Assembly (NCBI GenBank): GCA_963666515.2 | Contig: OY762897.2 | Span: 4,256,001 to 4,320,000 of the forward strand | DNA: 64,000 nucleotides | Direction of reading: 5' to 3' | Origin: Candidatus Binatia bacterium | Lineage (GTDB): Bacteria; Desulfobacterota; Binatia; UBA9968; JAJDTQ01 | Part shown: piece after piece, positions 57,684 through 64,000 of the stretch | How positions within the stretch are numbered: the stretch's first letter is position 1 | How the letters are laid out: every line of letters starts with the position of its first letter | Made by a program: the position numbers and the translations under genes | The notes under the pieces: model-generated | What the model was told of the DNA's origin: nothing | Seen by the model: the letters and a program-made list of their open reading frames with translations, nothing else | Database searches by the model: none

Positions 57684-58281
57684 GTAGCCTCCGTGGCCGC
57701 GAATTCGATTCAAGAATGGCGATGGACCATGGGGTCTTGTACGGAAGCCGGTTGCCAAGGTCCACCAGCTTGCCAATGCCACTCAAACCGTGAGCCCAGC
57801 ACAATGTTTTCAAGGACCGGCGCTACGAATTGCAGTACTCGGTCTCCAATGACCGAGAATGCCTCGGGCGGTGGTGCCAGGAGCGCTTTCTCTTGTCGAT
57901 AGCGCTTCCAAAGGTCGTCCCGTTTGGTGTCGGAGTAGAATTCTGGGGTCAGGGCATCCGGGGTGTGCGGTGGCCAGACGGTGCCACGCCGCGCAAGACA
58001 TGCCTGGATCGCCTCGTGCATTTCTGCGCCGTTGAAGTCAAACGTTTCCGAGAGCGCCCAGATGTCATGGAAATCCTTCATGCGACTGTTGAGTTTCCCC
58101 GTCAGTTGCAAAACGCCCTCTTGAAGAGCCCGCTCAGGCCGTCCTACAAAGGCTCTCCGGTGTCATACGGCAAATAGCTCAGGCTCACCATCTGTGAAGC
58201 TAAGCCACAGCCGCCCGTGAGATAAAATCGAGGGGGGTTGTTGCGACATTTTTTCGAACAAAACGAGGTGAGCTCAAGGAT

Positions 58282-58346
58282 GTGGTCTCCGAAACTGATA
58301 TAATCATCGTTGGTATCATCCCAATACCCGATGAAACGGAGACCAC
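58282..58346 (+). promoter_or_regulatory. Transposase extended -10 promoter and RBS-sequestering inverted repeat
   Basis: TGATATAAT (58296-58304); GTGGTCTCCG (58282-58291) pairs with CGGAGACCAC (58337-58346), which contains the GGAG RBS. Confidence 0.65.
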
Positions 58347-58349
58347 GAA

Positions 58350-59726
58350 ATGAAACTTAGCAGAACCGCGGTTCGAGGTAAAGCCACGCTGGGCATGGAG
58401 GTTCGATTCGAGCCGCAGAAACTGACATCGTATTCGGGGCTCATCCTCTTTCAGTGCTTCTTTTCCCACCTGGGTCTCAAGGAGCGGCTGGGGCGGTGCT
58501 TCCGCCACCTGAAAGCCAATCCGATCTACGGTCACCACGTCGTGTTGCTGCTGCTGGTGGTGCATCTCATCATCGGACACCGACAGTTGCAAGACTTGGC
58601 GTACTACCGGGATGATGAACTGGTCCGGCGGTTGCTTGGGCTGAAACGCTTGCCGGACGTGTCTACCGTGAGCCGCTCGCTGAAGAGTGCCGACGCGTGC
58701 AGCGTCGACAACGTCCGCGCCGAGTCGAGAACGGTGGTCATCGAGCGCCTGGTGGCCGAAGGTTTCGCGACTATCACCCTGGACTTCGACGGCTCGGTCT
58801 TGAGCACCGGGCGCCACGCCGAGGGCACCGCGGTGGGGTTCAACAAGAAGAAGAAAGGGGCGCGCAGCTACTACCCCCTGTTTTGCACCGTGGCCCAGAC
58901 CGACCAGGTGCTCGACGTGCACCATCGGCCGGGAAACGTCCATGACTCCAAGGGCGCCGATGCCTTCATCCAGGGCTGTGTGTGCACCGTGCGCGCAAGC
59001 CTGCCCCGGGCCAGGATCGAGGTGCGCATGGACAGCGCCTTCTTCAGCAGGGATATCGTCGACCGGCTTCACTCCCTGGGTGTCACCTTCACCGTCTCGG
59101 TGCCCTTCGAGCGCTTGGCCGAACTGAAGGGGATGATCGAAGGCAGACAACGATGGCGGCCCATGGCCAATGGACTCGGCTACTTCGAGACCCGCTGGAA
59201 GCCCAAGTCCTGGAACACCCGCTATCGCTTCGTCTTCATCAGAAAACCCGTCCGATACCAGGACAAGGAGGAAATCCAACTCGACCTCTTCAAGCCGGTC
59301 TCCCATGGGTACGAGTTCAAGGTCATCGTCACCAACAAGAGAATCCGCCCACGCAACGTGGCGCTCTTCCACGAAGGACGGGGATCCCAAGAGGGTATCT
59401 TCGCCGAGTTGAAGTCCCACTGCCAAATGGGCTACGTGCCCGTCAAAACACGCGTCGGGAACCAGTTGTACATGTTCGCCAGCATCCTCGCTCACAACCT
59501 CACCCGCGAACTCCAGATGCGAATCCACCCCCGTGAGCGTTCCACCACAGCCAAGCGCCCCGCCCTGTGGTGCTTCCGCGAAATCGGAACCCTGCGCCGT
59601 ACCCTCATTCAACGAGCCGGACGTATCATTCGCCCCGCCGGCAAGCTCATCCTGTCGATGAATACCAATCCGAATCTCGAAGCAGAACTGCGTCACGCCC
59701 TCGCAGCCCTCACGCCCCGCGCCTGA
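58350..59726 (+). CDS. IS1380 family DDE transposase
   Basis: LTSYSGL, ITLDFDGS, SYYPL, RPGN, RMDSAFF, RG..E..FAELK, AHNL. Confidence 0.88.
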   Translation: MKLSRTAVRGKATLGMEVRFEPQKLTSYSGLILFQCFFSHLGLKERLGRCFRHLKANPIYGHHVVLLLLVVHLIIGHRQLQDLAYYRDDELVRRLLGLKRLPDVSTVSRSLKSADACSVDNVRAESRTVVIERLVAEGFATITLDFDGSVLSTGRHAEGTAVGFNKKKKGARSYYPLFCTVAQTDQVLDVHHRPGNVHDSKGADAFIQGCVCTVRASLPRARIEVRMDSAFFSRDIVDRLHSLGVTFTVSVPFERLAELKGMIEGRQRWRPMANGLGYFETRWKPKSWNTRYRFVFIRKPVRYQDKEEIQLDLFKPVSHGYEFKVIVTNKRIRPRNVALFHEGRGSQEGIFAELKSHCQMGYVPVKTRVGNQLYMFASILAHNLTRELQMRIHPRERSTTAKRPALWCFREIGTLRRTLIQRAGRIIRPAGKLILSMNTNPNLEAELRHALAALTPRA

Positions 59727-60325
59727 CTCTTAAATTCAGCCGTGGTTTTTGCAACAATCGAGTTTCCCCAGTCGCACCATGGCATCGATCTTTTCGGCAA
59801 TGCTCGCAACCAGTGGATATACTTGGAGGGAAGGTGCGGGCAGGCCGTCGAGCAGCGTCTGCATTCTGGCTTCTCGCGGGCCAGGTGTGATGGCATCGCC
59901 GAAGCCGAAGTCGATCTGGGTGGGGATTCGTGCTTGTCCGAGGCGGCAGACCAGCTTGACGCGCTGGCCCTGATAGGGTTGTCCTGGGCGGATGGACGAA
60001 ACCCGTATGCTATTCAGGTCAAAGATCAAACCATCCTCGGCACAGGTGACTGTGCAGATGGCAGCCACAGTCTCTCGAATGGACGTCTCATCGCTGCGAC
60101 AGAAGGCCAACAGATCGACGTCACGGGTGCCGCGATAGGGGTCCTCCATCCAGACGGACAGTAGAGTGGCTCCCTTCAGGATGCACCGGTCACGCACCGG
60201 CGACACGCCGAGGCGGTAAAGGAACCTCTCGCAGGCGTACCGGGCAAGGAGGAGTTGGAACTCCTCACCACTTTTTTTCGACTTGTTGTACAAGCGGGCT
60301 CTGATCGATGCCGCAACGTCGTTGC

Positions 60326-60931
60326 TCATTCGACGCCGACCTCCAGGGCGGTGCTCAGACGGCGCGAAGGTAGTTCCTCAAGTGTTCGGAACAGCGAATC
60401 CACCGTAACCTTTTGTTCCCGCAGGGCGTCGCGCAGGGCTTCAAGCGCGGTCTCTCGCCCGATCAGGTGTTCAAATCGGAAACAATCGACGATCGTGCGA
60501 GCCGGAGAGGTGATGCGTGCCGGAACCCCCTCGAACACGGTGTTCTGAACCCCATAGGTCCAGGCAGCGCCGCTGAACCGGACGAGGCGGGTACGGAACT
60601 GCGGCAGCCTGGGAGGTCTCGCCTTGTGGTGAATGGCGATCCAGACTTGGTGTGGAAGCTGGGTGCCGATCTCGTAGATGTTGAGTGCCGTAAGCAGGCA
60701 AACGACGGCGTTGGGCACACGAGCACAGACCGCGGCTACGGTAGCGTATTCGGTCGGTTCAGCGCTGGCGAGCCTGTAAAGTCCGCGTTGGATCCGCTCG
60801 ACGGCCCCCGCCTTGACCAGTTGGTCGAGTTGGTCGAAGGTAATCCCCAAGTCGGCGATCTGGCTCGGACGGAAGAAGACACCGAGGCCAGCCTTCTGAA
60901 GGCGGTCTTTGTCCAGGTCAATGATGGTCAT
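60326..60931 (-). CDS. AbiEi-type antitoxin / transcriptional regulator (type IV TA)
   Basis: VERIQRGLYRL, VCLLTAL, TQLPHQVWIAI, TSPARTIVDCFR; ATGA overlap with abiEii. Confidence 0.88.
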   Translation of the reverse strand: MTIIDLDKDRLQKAGLGVFFRPSQIADLGITFDQLDQLVKAGAVERIQRGLYRLASAEPTEYATVAAVCARVPNAVVCLLTALNIYEIGTQLPHQVWIAIHHKARPPRLPQFRTRLVRFSGAAWTYGVQNTVFEGVPARITSPARTIVDCFRFEHLIGRETALEALRDALREQKVTVDSLFRTLEELPSRRLSTALEVGVE

Positions 60932-60941
60932 CGTCTAAAAA

Positions 60942-60998
60942 GTCGGCATTTTATTTCAAATTGCCGACATTATACAGGCATGCGGTAGGGTCTTGCAA
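60942..60998 (-). promoter_or_regulatory. abiE promoter with inverted-repeat operator
   Basis: GTCGGCA-N13-TGCCGAC (60942-60968); minus-strand TTGCAA - 18 bp - TATAAT immediately upstream. Confidence 0.6.
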
Positions 60999-61090
60999 CC
61001 GAAATCTGACGCGGAGGGCGACGAGCGTTTTGTGCGAAGGGCAACTACAGAGCCATCCCATAGGATGGATGCTAAAGAATGTCAGGGGAT

Positions 61091-61582
61091 TTACAGCATT
61101 TCATGACGCTTTTCGACCAGGAATCGTGCGGCGTTCGACTCCATCCACTGACGCAACAGAGCCGCGTTGTATTGGTACTCCCCGAGCTTCGCGCCGGTCA
61201 TCTTGTCGAACCGATCGATGAAGTCTTTCCGAACGCCTATTTTGATATGACTTGGCATGTCGCGGGTCGCTGGCGCGATATAGGCGTCAACGATAGCACC
61301 AGCACCGAGGTAGTCTACGGCTGCGGCGGTAGCGTCGCTCTCATCGGTCGAATCCCGTGGCGGTTGCGTCTTGAGCGCTCGCCCAAAGAGCCTCCGGACA
61401 AGTGCCCAAGGCCCCGTCAGGACTATAGGATAGCTCGTTATTAGAATCGTCAGAAAGAAAAGAGCCGCGCCAGTGAACCAAATCCCTGCTGGTACCTCTG
61501 GCCACATTTGTTCCGCACCTCGTTCTGCAAAAAGGCTGGTGAAGAACCCCAGGAAAGCCCGAATATGCTTCTCCTTCTCCAT
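61091..61582 (-). CDS. Hypothetical membrane protein
   Basis: ORF with a hydrophobic segment (IWFTGAALFFLTILITSYPIVL) followed by a soluble domain; co-oriented with the island. Confidence 0.5.
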   Translation of the reverse strand: MEKEKHIRAFLGFFTSLFAERGAEQMWPEVPAGIWFTGAALFFLTILITSYPIVLTGPWALVRRLFGRALKTQPPRDSTDESDATAAAVDYLGAGAIVDAYIAPATRDMPSHIKIGVRKDFIDRFDKMTGAKLGEYQYNAALLRQWMESNAARFLVEKRHEML

Positions 61583-61603
61583 CCGGTCATCGTAGCACAC
61601 ACG

Positions 61604-62220
61604 CTATTTGGGCACTATTGCAAGGGCTTGTACGTCTCCGCGCCTACGATCACAAAGACTGAACCAGTTCAGGAGTGCTTTGGCGTGCGGGCTAGCGCCC
61701 TCAACGCGCGCTGGATCAGTCCGTGTCAGCAACGCGAAGGAGACGCTGCCCTTGGAATACTGCACCTCGCCGTCGCCTTGCGAAGGGCGTCGAGCACGGT
61801 TCCCTTGGGTACGTGCCCCAACTCGGCCCATTTCCCAAGAGCATTTTCCGCGAAGCGTGAGCCGAAGTATTGCCGCAACGCATCGTGATCGGCCAGGAAC
61901 CAAGTTTCCATGACTTGGACCATCAGGAAGGCATCTTCACCAGCGCCGACGGGCTTGTTCCAGCCGTCGTGGATTGAAGGTGTTGCCAAGCTGAGTGACC
62001 AGCCTTGACCGGGCTTTCGCTGTCTACGAGGAGAAGAGGAACAACACCTGTACCCCGTCCCGCGGCATCTCTCTAAAACGGTTGAACGTCTGTGTCCGTG
62101 AGCCGCCTCGCACCACTTTGGGCATGCGGCCGGCAAGTCCAGCCCGTCCAACCCTTACGAAAATTGCGCGTCCAGGCGCCGGTTGTCTCCTCCGCCCTCG
62201 ATGTAGAGCGTTGCTGTCAC
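61604..62220 (-). pseudogene. Frameshifted DUF4276-like gene
   Basis: Pieces in different frames: VTATLYIEGGGD / AGRMPKVVRGGSR / LLLVDSESPV / DGW...FLMVQVMETWFLAD / YSKG...; homologous to 24289..24912; at least four frameshifts. Confidence 0.8.
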
Positions 62221-63461
62221 CAACGGTTTCCTCCCAACTGGCCGGAACTCCAGAGATTGCCGAGTGTGTAGTCCGGCGGCCACTTGGTGAGATCATCCTT
62301 GTCAAGCCGTCTCATCTCGGTTTGTCCGTCGTGCTTTTCGCAGACCACGACGCTCTCCGGTGTGTCGGTCAAGGCGTCTACAAGCACGTCCGAGTGGGTC
62401 GTCACGATCAGTTGACTGCGTTTGGATGCCGCGACCAGCAGGTCGGTCAACGTCGGCAACAAGTCCGGGTGGAGCCCGAGCTCCGGCTCCTCGATCACGA
62501 TCAGCGGCGGCGGTTCAGGATGCAGGAGGATCGCCAACAGACAAAGGTATCGGAGTGTCCCGTCCGACAGCCGCGTGACGGGTATCTCCCGGTTGTCGGA
62601 TTCCTCCAGGAACAGGGTCACCGTACCCCCTACCACCGGGCACTTGATGTCTACGATCCCGTCGTAGAGCTTTCTCAAAGCTGCAATGAGTTGCCTCTTG
62701 CTGTCGCTGGGAAAGTTGGACAGCACGGGTGCCAAGTTGGTGCATCCTTCGTTGAGGAAATCGGAGCGCTCGTGGGCGCTCGCCGGTTGGCGCAAGCTCG
62801 TGGCAAGGCCGAAGGACCAACGCCGGTAGAGGCGGATGCGTTCATACTCGCCTTTCAGATGCCAAAGGGCCGGGTATTCGGGAGTTGCAGCCCAGGCCAG
62901 GAACGACTTTTCCGGTTCAACCTCGCTCGCGAAGTCCACGGCGCCTGGGCGAAGTCGTGAAGCAACACGCGGGGTTGACCACTCACCGGGGCGTTGTTTT
63001 CGCTCGGCGTCCTTTCGTCGCGCCTCGGCGGTTGTTTTTGCGATCTCCGAGGCAGTCGCCGCATCCTGAGGAGGGCGGTAGTAGGACAAGCCGGCGCGTT
63101 CGTCGGTTTGGGTCCCCGACGGCTCGACCCGCTCGTTCGTGACCTCCGAACGGCCGTTTCGTCCGGCAATCGTAAGGGAATGCTTCAGGGTGCCGGAGGG
63201 CGGATAGCCGACGGTGGTTTCCATTGTGATGGATGACGGCGCATTGGGACCGCTCCACAACCACTCCCGAAATCCGCCGAGACGTGAGATCGATTCCGTA
63301 ATGCTGCGCGGTGCGGTTTGCAGGAGTGCAACTGCCTCCAGGAAGTTGGACTTCCCCGATCCGTTCGGTCCGATGAGGACGTTCAGCGGTTCCAAGGGCA
63401 AATCGACGCCCACAGGTCCGAATGACAGGAGACCGGCGACGTTCAATCTATGGATCAGCAT
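62217..63461 (-). CDS. ABC/SMC-like ATPase (AAA_21/AAA_15 type), paralogue of 24909..26114
   Basis: GLLSFGP, GPNGSGKSN, LSDGT, IEEPELGLHP, TTHS, LGNLW.SGQLGGNRW. Confidence 0.9.
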   Translation of the reverse strand: MLIHRLNVAGLLSFGPVGVDLPLEPLNVLIGPNGSGKSNFLEAVALLQTAPRSITESISRLGGFREWLWSGPNAPSSITMETTVGYPPSGTLKHSLTIAGRNGRSEVTNERVEPSGTQTDERAGLSYYRPPQDAATASEIAKTTAEARRKDAERKQRPGEWSTPRVASRLRPGAVDFASEVEPEKSFLAWAATPEYPALWHLKGEYERIRLYRRWSFGLATSLRQPASAHERSDFLNEGCTNLAPVLSNFPSDSKRQLIAALRKLYDGIVDIKCPVVGGTVTLFLEESDNREIPVTRLSDGTLRYLCLLAILLHPEPPPLIVIEEPELGLHPDLLPTLTDLLVAASKRSQLIVTTHSDVLVDALTDTPESVVVCEKHDGQTEMRRLDKDDLTKWPPDYTLGNLWSSGQLGGNRW

Positions 63462-63504
63462 TTGGCTCTATTCTGTCCGCACCTTTACGATTGCACCTGG
63501 GGCA

Positions 63505-63999
63505 TCATCTCGCCAGTGCGTAAAGGTATGGGTCAATGACCGTCTGCACGCGGCAGACTTCGGCAGCGCGCACGATTTCACTCACAGTCGTGATGTTTGA
63601 GCGAACGGCATCGTGTAGCGCCTCCATGGCGATGTCGAGACCGAACTTGTTTCTGTAGCGAAAACAGTCCACCACCGTTCGGGCCGGTGAGGTGATTCGG
63701 AACGGCACGCCCAGCGCCGACCTGTGCATCACGCCGTATTCGAGCATCGCACCAGAGAAGCGAAGGATGCGAACCTGGGCGGGAGGATGGGTGGGCTTGC
63801 GGGCCTTGCGGTCGATGGCGATCCAGACTTGATGAGGCAGTTGGGTCCCGATGTCATGAAAGAGAAGCGCCGTCAGCAGACACATGATGGCGTTGGGGAC
63901 GGCTGCCGCTACCATCGCGAGGGTCTCGAGCTCCGTTGGTTCGACCTCGGAGAGTCTGTAAAGCCCGTGCCCGAAGTTCTCGACGAGCCCCCTGGAAAC
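63505..63999 (-). CDS. Second AbiEi-type antitoxin (5' end outside window)
   Basis: Frame open to the window edge (..GLYRLSEVEPTE..); CLLTAL, IGTQLPHQVWIAI, TSPARTVVDCFR nearly identical to motifs of 60326..60931. Confidence 0.85.
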   Translation of the reverse strand, partial: VSRGLVENFGHGLYRLSEVEPTELETLAMVAAAVPNAIMCLLTALLFHDIGTQLPHQVWIAIDRKARKPTHPPAQVRILRFSGAMLEYGVMHRSALGVPFRITSPARTVVDCFRYRNKFGLDIAMEALHDAVRSNITTVSEIVRAAEVCRVQTVIDPYLYALAR

Positions 64000-64000
64000 C

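Larger units (their letters stand above)
58101..59759 (+). mobile_element. IS1380-family-like insertion sequence, 1659 bp
   Basis: Flanked by a 10-bp direct repeat GAGTTTCCCC (58091-58100, 59760-59769); imperfect terminal IRs GTCAGTTGCAAAA / GATTGTTGCAAAA. Confidence 0.88.
57710..60329 (-). pseudogene. AbiEii-type nucleotidyltransferase toxin (type IV TA) interrupted by an IS
   Basis: N-half 59760..60329 (LKGATLL, RGTRDVDL, EKIDAMVRLGKL) and C-half 57710..58090 (NSRMKDFHD) rejoin in frame to a 316-aa protein once the IS and one duplication copy are removed. Confidence 0.88.

Overview
GC-rich bacterial chromosomal window. The gene content (Bug/TTT transporters, luciferase-like monooxygenases, form II cox genes, many ABC systems) resembles uncultured Deltaproteobacteria/Binatia-type genomes, but the taxonomy is only an impression. 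Bases 1-52 kb hold mostly metabolic, transport and housekeeping genes: an ICL/PEP-mutase enzyme, an L,D-transpeptidase, a LigB/LigA-type dioxygenase operon, aat, a stand-alone NuoF plus 2Fe-2S ferredoxin pair, a TTT transporter with a TctA-TctB fusion, a CoA-transferase/MaoC operon, form II coxSLM, hemE/hemG, dinB/radA, a heterodimeric ABC exporter, two opp/dpp operons and a BCCT transporter. A few REP-like palindromes and lower-GC insertions (Fic; ABC-ATPase + DUF4276-like) are interspersed. Bases 52-64 kb form a defence island: VapBC, a type I restriction HsdR fused to a C-terminal Schlafen/AlbA_2 domain with intact putative RNase residues (the best candidate for a novel system), hsdS, an AbiEi/AbiEii pair whose toxin is split by an IS1380-family element with atypical ends and a 10-bp target duplication, a second ABC-ATPase with a decayed DUF4276-like partner, and an orphan AbiEi running off the right edge. 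hsdM is not in the window. No rRNA, tRNA or CRISPR array was recognised. All family calls come from motif recognition by eye; no database searches were run.
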